The notes under the pieces are model-generated. The model made no database searches. It worked only from the letters and a program-made list of their open reading frames with translations, and was not told the DNA's origin. From Mobula hypostoma (Eukaryota): DNA of 64,000 nucleotides. A program made the translations under genes and the position numbers. The stretch spans positions 41,726,001 through 41,790,000 of the forward strand of contig NC_086099.1 of assembly GCF_963921235.1 (NCBI RefSeq). Reading direction: 5' to 3'. Below, in pieces: positions 1 to 12,528 of this stretch (positions within the stretch are counted from its first letter, which is position 1; each line of letters opens with the position of its first letter).

Positions 1-260
1 GGCACACACTCAATGATGCAAGAATAGTTTCTTCCTCTCTGCTGATTTCTGATTGAACATTGAACCCATGAACACCACCGCAGTGCATTTTTGTTTCTTT
101 TTGCACTACTCATTTAACTATTTAATGTGTATGTGTGTATATACATAAACACACTTGCTGTTTTTCACAGTCTTTTCTGTCATTATGTATTGCATTGTAC
201 TGCTACTGCAAAGATGGCAAATTTCACAACATATGCCAATGATATTAAACCTGATTCTGA
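1..260 (+). mobile_element. Rex1/Babar-type LINE 3' end fragment
   Basis: Resembles the 3' UTR of the 8805-10710 element and ends in (a)ttaaacctgattctga. Confidence 0.65.
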
Positions 261-673
261 ACAGTAACAACACTTGAGGCTTCAGGTTAGATGCAAGAGT
301 GAGCAAGACACAGAGGGATAAGGAATAAATACAGTCAAATGGGATCAGCGTAGATAGGCATGATTTTTGGCATAGAGGCAATGGCTGAAGGGCCTGTTTC
401 TATGCTGTACAACTCCGACATAACCATAGAACATTAAGTCAAATAATTATAGGAGAGGGTTGAATTTTAGTAATAGGTTCGAACTTACATGTGACTTCTA
501 TATTCAGTAAGTAACTAATTCAGTATCCCACCCATATCCTACAACCCTAATCTTCTAAATCAGAAAATAAAGGATGGCTTCCTAGTTACTGGCATTGGTT
601 GTTGGTAACCTTGTTTAAGTTATTACTTGAAAAACGTTAGGAAATCAAGATGATTGTGAAATATAGTTGATTT

Positions 674-815
674 ACACACACAAAGTGCTGGAGGAACTCA
701 GCAGATCAAGTAACATCTATCTGAAATAAACAGTCAATCTGTTTATTTCCCTCCACTGTTAGTTCCAGCACCTTAAATCCATTGCACAAGATTTCTAGCA
801 TCTGCAGAAAGCCTT
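674..815. mobile_element. Collapsed palindromic Penelope-type short element
   Basis: acacacaaagtgctggaggaactcagcag ... ttccagca ... gatttctagcatctgcaga, the same family as 13249-13477. Confidence 0.6.
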
Positions 816-896
816 GTATCTATAGTTGAATTAGTCTGGCACAGACTTCAAATTTTCACCTTCACCTTCTCCTAGACGGAGTATCAAACCAAAAAG

Positions 897-1325
897 GAAC
901 ATAGAACATAGAACATAGAACAGTACTTCACAAGAGCAGGTCCTTCAGCTCACAATGCTGTGCCAGACCAATTAAGTTAACAATCATTGGCCAACTAAAT
1001 TAATTTCTTCCGCCTACACAATGTCCATATCCCTCCATTTTCCTCACATTCATGTGCTAATATAAATGTATCTTAAAAGTCCCTAATGCATGTGTCTTTA
1101 CCACCACCCCGAGCAGCACATCTCAGGCATTCAACATTCTCTGTGTAAAATACTTGCCCTACATCTCCTTTGAAATTACCCCCAACCATCATAAGTACAT
1201 ACCCTCTGGTATTAGACATTTCAACCCTGGGATAAAGATACTGTCTGTTCACTCTGTGCCTCGCCTCATAATCTTAAAACCACTATCAGATCTCCCATCA
1301 GCCTCTGCTGCTCCAGAGAGACAAG
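897..1325 (-). mobile_element. CR1-type LINE 3' fragment
   Basis: (ATAGAAC)n tail followed by the reverse complement of the CR1 3' UTR and ORF2 end seen in other copies. Confidence 0.75.
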
Positions 1326-3612
1326 GGATTGCAAAATCATGAGGCAAAAGTAATTGCTGTCTTAAAGTAGTTTAAAGTTTATTTCTAAATTCTATAGCTC
1401 CTCAGTATAGATTTGAATTTATTCTTATGCTTTGTTTCCAAAGTTCATGCAACATCAGACCAGTTTCATTTGATAGATGCATCCATTTTTAAAAATAACT
1501 TTGCAAAGAAAAATCAAATGAAGTTGCAAAGACATCACTTTTTCTTTGGGTATTCAATCAGTTAACATTTTGCTCTGGATTCCCATCTGAATCATCCTTC
1601 AATCTTGATTTTTCATATACCAACTGAAACGCTGTTTGATTTCATCTTCATCCATTTTTTTCATAAACATAATCACATTTTTCCTTTTCACTATATATTA
1701 TACATATAGTGAAGCTCATTGAAAACTAAGCTATTTTCTCTGTTGTCTGCATGGAAAATACCTAGTGTAGGAGAAATATAAGCATTTCTGTACTAAGATG
1801 ATGAACGTTAAGGACAGATTTGTTTTGCAATGTTTTAACATATGTAAAATTCTCCTATAGTATTTGTTAACAAGATAAACTGTTTTAAATCTGCACATAA
1901 TACCTGACCAACAACAGCTAAATTCGACATATGATCAAAAAAATGGCAATATAATAAAAAGTTCAATGCTGTCATCAACTTAACGTACAATTTTGTTGAC
2001 CATTTTATTGAGGCTAAGCAGTATTATGCTGATCACTACCCTTACCAATTTGCATGCAATGTACTATTTTTTAAACTAATAGGCCAATGCTGTGGCCCAG
2101 AGAGTGAAAAATTTCCAATGATGAGACTTCAGAGATATGAGAAGAATACAAAGAATTTGTATAATGATAAGAATGAGTGCAAAGAGGTAGGAAGGTAACA
2201 GAGTATAATAAAGTTACACTTTGAAATGAAGAAAATGATGAGCAACTGGTAAATATTGATTTGGTGAGATTTATTGAGATGTAGGATGTTAATATCCAAT
2301 TATAGTAAGTGCTTAACAAGATAAAAATTATGTTGAGCTTAAGTTACTAAAATGTGTATATTATTGTTAAGAACAGATTTGGAATGCTGTGTGCAGTTTT
2401 GGCTTTCACAGCCATTGAAAAAGTACTTGCCCTGGAGTCAATGCAGTGTAGAAACTGTAACTGATTATCAAGATGGAAGAACCAAAGAAAGATTTAAAAA
2501 GAGTCAGCCTATGCCTTCTGGAGTTCTGAAAAAAATGTGAAAGTATCTCACTAAAACATACAAAATTATGACAAGGATTAATGTTGGTAAGTTATTTTCA
2601 CAGGCTTGCAACTTCAAAACTTCAAAAAGTCATGAAAAACTACTGCTGGGTAGGAAGTAAACTTATATTTCAGGATCCTACTGGACCAACTTTGAGCAAA
2701 CATATATGACAATTTCTTGCATTCCCTTCTGTTATGTAAAACTGAATTGGAGGGGGAATAAGGAGGCTGTGGAACATGTTCTGTCAGGATCTAAAAAAAG
2801 AACATTAGATGAAGGACTGGAATTTTTAAAAATATACTTTTATTTGATTTAGTTGAGATATTAAAAAGAGAGACATGGCTGTGGTAATCATATTTAAAAC
2901 CTAAACAACACCCAAACCAGAAGTTAGAAAAAGCAGGGAAGTATTGAAGCCAAAATCAGATCAGCTTAATGAATACTGGAGAAAGCTGAATAAACCAATT
3001 CCTATTTGTTATGTTTTTTTTTAAGAAAGGAAAGTTTGAAGGAGATTTGAGCATTATAATATGCATGAAATAGTAAGTACTAAGAGGTGAAAGGAGAAGT
3101 TCAAGTGATGAGGTACAAGAATATCTAGTAAATGCTTAGTTTTCCCTCTATTCAGGAATTGGGAAGATTGTTGGAGATGTCTTCTTGCAAACCTGGATTT
3201 CATGGATTATTTAAGGTTTGTTGTATTTGGCACTACAAAAGGAACAGGAAGCAATTTTTGATGTACAGGGCAGAGGGGCAAATACAAGTCATTGGGGTAT
3301 AGCATGGTATTAGCTAATTCATTATCAAATCTCCCCTGTTGTGAGGTTACAGTGTTTACATGGGCCTTTCCAAAACCTACCACAGAAAATGAAGATTTCA
3401 AAATATTTGATAAGGCACTCTTTTTTTTTACAAAATGTAATAAATCAAGAATGTCATTTATACAAAAAATAATACTTCTATACAAACAACACTTTCAATG
3501 TCCACAAAGATATAATTAAATACAATACAGATTGGTTGGTTTATGAAAGAAGTTGCCACCATGGGTTTGAATGGTAAGTTTCATTCTTTCCGACCAGAAA
3601 TCCTAACGAAGG

Positions 3613-3716
3613 TCAGCGAGGAGGTTGTTGCTTTTCTCCAAATGAACTGTTCATTTTATCTCTGAGCATATTCGTCTTCAAGTCTTCAGTGCTATAGCCC
3701 GATCCTTGCTCGTTTC
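3613..3716 (-). CDS. ESM1: ESM1 coding exon 3 (Ser-Gly GAG attachment site, stop)
   Basis: Acceptor ccttttaaacag|. Translates (G)NEQGSGYSTEDLKTNMLRDKMNSSFGEKQQPPR*, ending in PR like mammalian endocan. Total CDS 564 nt = 187 aa. Confidence 0.9.
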
Positions 3717-4000
3717 CTGTTTAAAAGGAGTAGTATATTTACTCAGAGTTTTTAAATACACTTAAAACCTTCATCGAATTCAGTATTGCTTCACCTCATT
3801 TTGCATTAAGCATTATTTTAAAATTCCAAACACCAGTACGAGTGTTTCTGTAGTGATGAGCAAAGTGCTTTGTGGTTTGTTACTGTTTTCAATGACACTA
3901 GTTATGTTTAACTAAATTTTAAATTTTTTTAACATTCAATAGATGCTAGAAAAATCGGAATGACCAAAAGTAAAGCAAAATGTTTTGTGCCGCGCATTAC

Positions 4001-4156
4001 CTGACGGAGGCGCAGTTTTCCTGTGGTTTCCAGTTTTCGTTTCATGAATTTGGAAAAACGGAAACTTTATGCACTGCCCGGTCACTCTGTTACAGATCCC
4101 GAACTGACACTTACAAACCTTCCTGCATTCTAATCCATAGGTTCCAAAGGGGCAAT
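4001..4156 (-). CDS. ESM1: ESM1 coding exon 2 (EGF-like + Phe-rich motif)
   Basis: Acceptor ttgtttcag|, donor |gtaatg. 156 nt, phase 1-1. Translates (D)CPFGTYGLECRKVCKCQFGICNRVTGQCIKFPFFQIHETKTGNHRKTAPPS. Absent from the ORF track; translated by hand. Confidence 0.96.
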
Positions 4157-5028
4157 CTGAAACAATAACACCCGAATAACAGAAGTATGATTAATCAGCA
4201 GTAACATTAATGGAAGCGATAAGAAATATTAAGGATGACGGTACGTATAAATTCCAGCATCGTCTCGAGTTATAATATCCCTTTTCTAAACTCAATTTGC
4301 TTATACATATGTATATAGAGCCTGTTTTAATGATGCACAAACTTCGCTAATTGTGTCCCTTATGTTAATAAGACTGCTGAGCCGATCCGGTTTTCGGTAT
4401 TTGGCGCTGGTTTAGAATTTGCACTGGTATTTAAACTTTAGTTCTGAGATGTAACTGAGCGGGCAGGCAAATCACATCTGGAAGAACAAAATGCTAGATA
4501 AAGCCAGAACCACTGCACTGACCAACTGGCCTATTCTTGATAGTTCACCGATGTATATTCCACAGCATTTTCTTGCGATCAAGGTTATTGTGAAGGTGAC
4601 AGATCCGCGTCGTTTTCAGTGCACTGGCATCGTAACCAATAACCACCTGAGGTAAAGCTGTGAGATGTACGTGCGGTCTGTTAGAGTGATAATCTTGCCG
4701 TTTGCAAAGATGACAATTCCACCAGGATGGTCTCTGCCTCCAGTCTGTACAGTGCACCAAGTGACCATGTGTGTGCCTGGCGATCAGTATATCTGAGATC
4801 GGCATACACCGTAAATAGGAGTTCAGATGCTGCAGTAGATTGTAAAATGTCGTATTCTTATTTTTTTAAAGACTGCATCGATGCTACAATAAAATGTTCT
4901 AAATTACGGGAAATGTGGAATTCTGCTTTGCATTATCTTTCGGTCAGCATCCCACTAATACAAAATGTATCTGTCTCTAGCGCTATGCAGGGAACTTTTT
5001 TTTGTTTTTAGATTTCATCCGCATCTTT

Positions 5029-5030
5029 GA

Positions 5031-5086
<56 letters not shown>

Positions 5087-5102
5087 AGAGAGAGAGAGAG
5101 AG
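5029..5102. repeat. (TG)n(AG)n compound microsatellite in ESM1 intron 1
   Basis: Long TG run followed by an AG run, directly visible. Confidence 0.95.
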
Positions 5103-5478
5103 GTCTCGTGTAGATTGACAGCGTCTCTTTTAGTGTGCACAGCCTTCCCACTGCGATTAGGGGAGCGCCGTGCAGCCGGGCGAGCAATCGTCCAACGCAC
5201 CGGTGATGTTAGATAGATGGAAAGTATGAAGTGCACCAGCCTGAACCTTTTTCACAAAAACACCAAGTCACTGGGAATTTAGATACCATCTGTGCTGTAT
5301 TATAGTGAGCACACGGTCTGAATTAGTAACAAAAATACCCAGGATCAGGACCAGTCGTGCGACTGCATCATTTAACCTAACGGACTCAAAAGGGAATGCA
5401 GATACTGGAATCTGGAGCAACATGCAACTTGTTTGTAGCTCATTTTAATTTAACGATTGTTTCTCCCAGTGTACCTAC

Positions 5479-5782
5479 CTCTGCAAATGCCATATTCATC
5501 TCCAAAGTCGTCCTCGTCGCTGTTGAAGTTGCACCGTAGTCCAGGCCCGCATTTAACCCCGTCCATCCCGGCTACGGTGCGGTAACACACCTCTCCTCTG
5601 CCGGCTGCACAAACCTTGCAGCAGCCGCAGTCATCCAGCACAGTCCTTTTGCAGCCCGCCGTCACCGGGCAGGCGGTGGTCCGCTCACAAGAGTAAGAGC
5701 AGTCAACCGCATATTTCAGCGTGAACCCTTCCACAGTGCCAACCAAAACCACAAGCAGCAAGCGAGCGCTAGCACTAGACAT
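5479..5782 (-). CDS. ESM1: ESM1/endocan coding exon 1 (signal peptide + IGFBP-like Cys-rich domain)
   Basis: Reads MSSASARLLLVVLVGTVEG-FTLKYAVDC...CKRTVLDDCGCCKVCAAGRGEVCYRTVAGMDGVKCGPGLRC...GDEYGICR, the endocan signature. Phase-1 donor G|GTAGGT at 5478. Confidence 0.97.
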
Positions 5783-5844
5783 GTTTGCAGTGTTCCCACC
5801 CTACACCTGGACCCTGTCTAACCCTGAACTGCGGAGCGACAGGA

Positions 5845-6075
5845 GGCCTTTTATCAGTAATGTGCCCACATGTTTTTCACCGGGTCAGTTTCCTAAATCC
5901 GGTGTTGTTGTCTTCTGGCCAGCTTGTGTTGTAGGTTTCTAAATCCGGGCTGGAAGTCGATGGAATTAAGCATGTCGCACGAGGTTGCCATCCAGGAATT
6001 GAACAGATGTATTGACGTAAGATGTTATGTTTAGTTGTTTTGTAGAGACTTTAAGACTGCCTGGCTCACGTACTT
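5845..6075 (-). promoter_or_regulatory. ESM1 proximal promoter (TATA-like, ETS, CRE-like, HRE-like motifs)
   Basis: GATAAAA on minus near 5850. CTAAATCCGG (ETS core CCGGAT on minus) at 5893-5902 and again at 5939-5948. TGACGTAA at 6013-6020. TACGTG (minus) at 6067-6072. Confidence 0.55.
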
Positions 6076-7547
6076 GTCAACTGTTCAAGGTCGCGAAGAA
6101 CAACAGCAAGTAAATTGTACATTCTCGGGAATTGTGTAGTACAGCTGGGCAGCTGCTTTCTCTCTGGCGCAGATTAAGATTCTCACTTTTGGAGAATTTT
6201 ATGACACGTGTGCGGCAGTATTACTAATAACTCGAGTGCACCGTTGGAAAAGGCATTTTAAATATTTGTTCTGTAAATCAACACTTCAAGGAACTGCCAC
6301 ATTCCATGAGAACGGCATTCAAGGAAGAGCAGGGAGTCAGGAAGCTGATCTTTTGATTAGGAGAGAGATGCTGTTTATTTGCAGAGAATCGGGATTTCAT
6401 TCCAAGGCGCAGCTCCAGCATCTTGTTCATCTCCTTCGATAAACAATATTTCTCCCTTACTGGTTTTAGGATGTTCTCTAACATGTAATTGTTGGACCCT
6501 TTATGCAAATTTAGTTTGTTAATTCTCTTGTGGAACACCTTGGAAACCTCACTACATTTTTTTGATGGAGGTGAGGTAAGCATCTTGCTGTTTTAAAGAT
6601 AATAATGACAGCATTAAATATTGCCCACCTGTTCTTGCAGGTCTCATTAAAAGAGGCCTAAAGTTATAGTTGTACATTTTTTGAGATCCACGCTGCTTTT
6701 GGGTTACATTAATACATGGACTTTGGAAATGCTGCAGAGAAGTTTTCACCTGAAAGCAGCAATGAACCTGATTTTATTCTGAACTCTGATATTAGAGCTT
6801 TAAGCTGCTTGTGCAGGCTTTAGCATCCTGGCAAACCCAGTGCAAACTTGCTAGATTTTTTTGGGACTGGCCTCAATAATAATCCCTTGTGCAAATAAAC
6901 AACATGACCTGGTCCACATATCCAGGTGATCCCCTCTTTCTGTCCACTCTTCAACTGGCTTTTGTAAGCAACTCCTCCTTATTCTTATCAAGGATGATAG
7001 AGCCTTCACTCGCCCTCTGAAGGAAAATTACACCACTGTCTGATTTCCACCGCTTTACCATTAGCATCACCATTTGTTGTTAAAACACCACTATACATTA
7101 TTTCAATATAGTTTGGCTTTTGTACATGTTCAGATGTTAGGGAAATCATATCACAAACAAGAGAAATTCTGCAGGTGCAGGGTTTCATACCATTTGGTTT
7201 ATATTGGTATCTTTGCTTCTGCCTTTCAATGACCAGATGTTTCCTTCTATTAAAAAGATTTTTCTTTCTAAGTAGAAAGAAAAAAATGATCTTCTATATA
7301 ATCTTTCTATTTCTTTCTATTATGATAAGGAATGGGGTCACTTTCAAGGAATCTACAACTCATGTTCTCAATATTAATTGCTTTTTTATTATTATTTTCC
7401 CCTTTTCGTATATGCACAGTCTGGTGTCTTTTGCACATTGGTTGTTTGCCCATCTTTGTCGTGTACAGTTTTTCATTGATTCTATCGTGCTTCCTTGTAT
7501 TCATTGTGAATGCCCACAAGAAAATGAATATGGTGACATGTATATGT

Positions 7548-8220
7548 GAGGCCCTCGGTTGTGGTCAGCCATGGATGTTGTATCCCAGCTGTCTACACGA
7601 TACACAAGCCAGGGCAGTACAGTATGGAGAGCAGGCTATTGTCCATGTATCAGACTCCCCCTCTCCACATAACTGATGATTTCAAAGCAACGGCAGAGTG
7701 ACTGCACCTCTTCCTAGAGATGCTGCCTGGCCTGCTGCGTTCACCAGCAACTTTTATGTGTGTTACTTGAATTTCCAGCATCTGCAGAATTCCTGTTGTT
7801 TGCAGAGTCTGTTGCTTTGGATTCAAGTTTGGCACCAGCGGCATTGCAGAAGTTGCCAGTCAGCATTGAACTCAATGTAGGACTGTCTTAGAGACTGTTT
7901 AGCTGTGGATTTTTCCTTGGTGTTTAGTCTAGAAGCCTTTTCCGTGAGTGGGTATAGCCGCAAACTAATGGAGGTTTGAGATGAGAGTTTTCCTTCTTCT
8001 AGATGAGCTGAAAACTACGGCTGAAAAACCCCACTCTGTCTGAAGTGACTATTTTAAGGTGCCGGTACCCATATTTATCTGTTTTCCTGTCAGTGGAAAC
8101 AGTTCTGCTGGGCTTAGTAGATAAGCCAGACATGAAGGCCAGGAGCTGGACTTGGTTGTCAGAGGCTAATTGAGATGCAACTATTGGGGCATTTAAAAAG
8201 GGCATGGGAGCTTATCTGCA
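7548..8220 (-). mobile_element. Non-autonomous retroposon (probably RTE-related), interrupted by a Penelope-type fragment at about 7710-7805
   Basis: Collinear with 22528-23060 (…cattgaactcaatgtaggactg…gagtgggtatagcc…aagccagacatgaaggccaggagct…). It sits inside another SINE-like repeat, with tgacatgtat on both sides. Confidence 0.55.
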
Positions 8221-8804
8221 CGACTGCACTATAATAATATTAAGGAACCTGACATGTATGTACTTTGATAATAAATTTATTTTAAACTTTGCGAGGGATA
8301 GTAAATCAGCCACGATTGAATGGCAAAGGAGACTCAATAGGCCATACGGGTTAATTGTTCTCCTATGTCTTATGGTCTTATTATAGGGAACTGAGAAATG
8401 AAATCAAAATCTTGACCTAATATTTTGACATTTAGTTGTTTAAATTCTAAACTGATTTTTTGAGCTCTTTATAGTTAAGCAGAAAGATGGGGTGATATTT
8501 CCAGCATTAGTATCAATGCACAAAGCATGAAACCTAACATAAAAAAATCAAAGGGATGCTAAACTAACACAATCTATTACAGAATCCAGTGAACACTGGG
8601 TCCTAATAATACACCAAAATTAGACATGAATGGCGTAACAGGTGCTCAAGTGCATGAGCTTTCTGAAATTTGGTCCATGATTTAGCTGATATATACCTTT
8701 TTGCTCACCAAAGCAATTTTGGCTGTACTGAGGATTGAACTAAATACAGTTCAGGACAAAAGAACAAATGAACAGCTATTCACCTGCTTGAATGAGTTTG
8801 TGCC

Positions 8805-10710
8805 TACAAAGAGTTACTGAAGCCATGGATGAACCAGGAGTTACGTTGTCTGTTGAAGGATAGATCTGTGGCATTCAAGTCTGGCAATCCAGGCCTGTAC
8901 CAGAAAACCAGGTATGATTTGTGGAGGGCTATTTCAAGGGTGAAGAGACAATATCGAACAAGGTTGGAGGCGACATCGGATGCATGGCAACTCTGGCAGG
9001 GTTTGCAAGACATTACTTCTTACGAAGCAAAACCAATAGCATGAATGGCAGTGATGCTTCACTACCAGATTAACTCAACGCCTTCTATGCCTGATTTGAA
9101 AGGGACAATACAACTACAGCTGTGAAGATCCCTGCTGTTATCAGGTGTGACCTCTGTCTCAGAGGCTGATGTTAGGCTGTCTTTAAAGAGAGTGAACCCT
9201 TGCAAGGCAAAAGGTCTCGATGGAGTACCTGGTAAGGCTCTGAAAATCTGTGCCAACCAACTAGCGGGAGTATTCAAGGACATTTTCAACCTCTCACTGC
9301 TATGGGCGGAAGTTCCCACTTGCTTCAAAAAGGCAACAATTATACCAGTGCCTAAGAAGAATAATGTGATCTGCCTTAATGACTATTGCCCAGTAGCACT
9401 CACATCATCAGTGATGAAATGCTTTGAGAGGTTGGTCATGATTAGACTGAACTCCTGCCTCAGCAAGGACCTGGACCCACTGCAATTTGCCTATTGCCAC
9501 AATAGGTCAACGGCAGACACAATCTCAATGGCTCTCCACATGGCTTCAGACCATCTGAACAACACAAACACCTACATCAGGATGCTGTTCATCGACTATA
9601 ACTCAGCATTTAATACCATCATTCCCACAATCCTGATTGAGAAGTTGCAGAGCCTGGGCCTCTGTACCTCCTTCTACAATTGGATCTTCGACTTTCTAAC
9701 TGGAAGACCACAATCTGTGTGGGTTGTTGATAACATCTCCTCCTCGCTGACAATCAACACTGGTGCACCTCAGGGGTGTGTGCATAGCCCGCTGCTCTAC
9801 TCCCTATTTCTTATGACTGTGTGGCTAGGCATAGCTCAAATACCATCTATAAACTTGCTGACGATACAACCATTGTTGGTAGAATCTCAGGTGGTGACAA
9901 GAGAGCATACAGGAGTGAGATATGCCAACTAGTGAAATGGTGCCACAGCAACAACCTGGCACTCAACGTCAGTAAGACGAAAAAGCTGATTGTGGATTTC
10001 AGGAAGGGTAAAGATGAAGGAACACATACCAATCCTCATAGAGGGATCAGAAGTGGAGAGAGTGAGCAGTTTCAAGTTCCTGGGTGTCAAGATCTCTGAG
10101 GATCTAACCTGGTCCCAACACATTGATGTAGTTATAAAGAAGGCAAGACAGTGGCTATACTTCATTAGGAATTTGAAGAGATTTGGCATGTCAACAATTA
10201 CACTTAAAAACTTCTATAGATATACCGTGTAGAGCATTCCAACGCTGTATCACTGTCTGGGCTACTGCACAGGACCGAAAGAAGCTGCAGAGGGTTGTAA
10301 ATCTAGTCAGCTCCACCTTGGGTACTAGCCTACTGCGTTCAGGGAGTGGTGTCTGAGAAAGGCAGGTCCATTATTAAGGACCTCCAGCACCCAGGGCATG
10401 CCCTTTTCTCACTGTTACCATCAGGTAGGAGGTACAGAAGCCTGAAGACACACACACAGTGATTCAGGAACAGCTCTTCCCCTCTGCCATCCAATTCCTA
10501 AATGGACATTGAACCCTTGGACACTACCACACTTTTTTTTAATATACAGTATTTCTGTTTTTTGTACCTTATAAAATCTATTCAATATATGTATACTGTC
10601 ATTGATTTATTATTTTTTTCTCTTCTTTGTTATGTATCGCAATGAACTGCTGCTGCTAAATTAACGAATTTAACGTCACATGCCGGTGATAATAAACCTG
10701 ATTGTGATTC
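8805..10710 (+). mobile_element. Rex1/Babar-clade LINE, 5'-truncated, frameshifted RT
   Basis: ORFs 8829-10232 contain [35 protein letters not shown] and FKFLGV. Tail aataaacctgattgtgattc. Confidence 0.9.
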
Positions 10711-12057
10711 AATTATGCTGATAAAGTATCCTATCCTTCTAAATTGGGTCAATCAGGTAGTAGGTAGTCATATTCAAGTGTTGAGGGCTAAGCAAATATT
10801 TACCTTTGAATGCACTTACATTTATTGTATCTAATTCCAGGAAAATTGTCACAGATTTTCTGCAATTGAGGTACTTTCTTCTGTGAGCATGACAGCACCA
10901 TATTGACATCATGACCCTGACGCAGGAAAGCTGTTGAATCTTCTCTAATAAAAAGCTGATTTGAGATGACATTAACAAAGCTCATGGCCGGGCTGGAATG
11001 CTCACCACTTGCCTGGTAAGATACAGTGGTAGAATTACTCAAGAAAGCTGCCATCCTTGAGCATGTAACCCAATTGCATGGCAACCGTGTCACTGAACTT
11101 TTCTCACCTTCTCTATTTCTGAGCAGTCAAGTCAGCAACAGAGTTTGCAGAAATTGAAGCTCTAATTATGTCCATACAAATTAGATTTGTGCTGATCTTC
11201 TGTGCTAGTTGTAAAAACTTTGGAAGGAAGTTAAAAGCATCCACACAACTGGCCATATGCCCAGATTAAATTGAACACCTTGAAGAGCCACCAGTGACTA
11301 ATCCTGTTTATAGAACAGGATATAAGGTTCTTAAAATTAAGTTGTTTTTGAAAACTTTGAAATACTTTTTTTCCCTAAATGCCTGTATACCAACAAAGTC
11401 GGAAGGCGGTTCTGCATAATCATGTAAACTAATTTTCATTAAAGGTCGGGGCCAAGATATTCTTAGGAAAGATGCTTCTTGTTATGATAATATTTTAAAT
11501 CTATTTTTATAAATCCATGTTATTGTTCTCAGATAGATATGAAAGAGTGCTTTTAAAATAAACTGTTGGCAATTCTGTTGGATTCTACTGCCTGATGGAT
11601 GATTTTTGTACACATGAAAATGAGCCTAGCTGAAATTAGAGCTATAAAATATATTTATATTAATTACAATTTCTATTTATATATAATTAATATACACATT
11701 TACATTAATATCAATTTAAATTTAAATTGAGTATAATTTATTGCTGGCTGAATCTAAAGAGCCTTGAATGACTAATCCTGTTTACAGAACTTTGACAAGA
11801 TTCTTAAAATTGTACGGTATTCATGGAGATTAAAATAGGATGGATGTTACCACAGAATCAACACACAAGAAGGTCATCCAGAGTCAAGACGCTGAAAGAG
11901 CTATTCAGTCTAATCCCATTTTCCAGCTCTTGGTCTTGAACGTTGTAGATAATGGTACTTCAATTACACATCCAGATAATTCCCCAAGGCCTCCACTCTT
12001 CCAAAGAAAACAATCACAATCTATCCAACCCTTCCTTACAGCTCCAACCTTGACAAC

Positions 12058-12517
12058 TGTTGGATTCTGATGTTTTTGATCCCCAGTCTTTTTTCAAAAG
12101 TCTAGAAAGAGACATAAAATTTGTTGCTGCACGATCATCTTATTAAGCACTAATAGTACAGAGAATTGGAAGCGGAGAGTAGCATGAGGCTGGTAGGGGA
12201 AGGAAAAGAAGAAGAAAAGTTGGCAGGCCAAAGTGCTCTGCCCTTCCGATACCATAGATAAGAGACAGTTCATTCAAATTTGTAGATAAGAGTTAATCAA
12301 TAAGATGACACCTATCCAAATAATGTGATAGCATGGAGGCTTCCAGAAAGAAAAAGAACAGTAACTATTAGGGATATAGTGAACAATTGCATATACATAC
12401 TGTGACCAATAGGAAACAAACTGAGCAATTACATGTGTATGGTAGATATATAAAATACAAGCAGGTTGAAATTGTTAAACAGCAAAGAAAAGAACAATTA
12501 CACAGTCTAATCCAACA
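12058..12517 (-). mobile_element. ERV 3' LTR (460 bp)
   Basis: Terminal inverted repeats TGTTGGATT (12058-12066) and AATCCAACA (12509-12517). Preceded on minus by the polypurine tract AAAGGAGGGAA (12528-12518). Confidence 0.8.
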
Positions 12518-12528
12518 TTCCCTCCTTT

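Noticed and set aside
5450-5478. ORF-track C-terminus GRYTGRNNR of ESM1
   Set aside because: Intron read-through past the GTAGGT donor.
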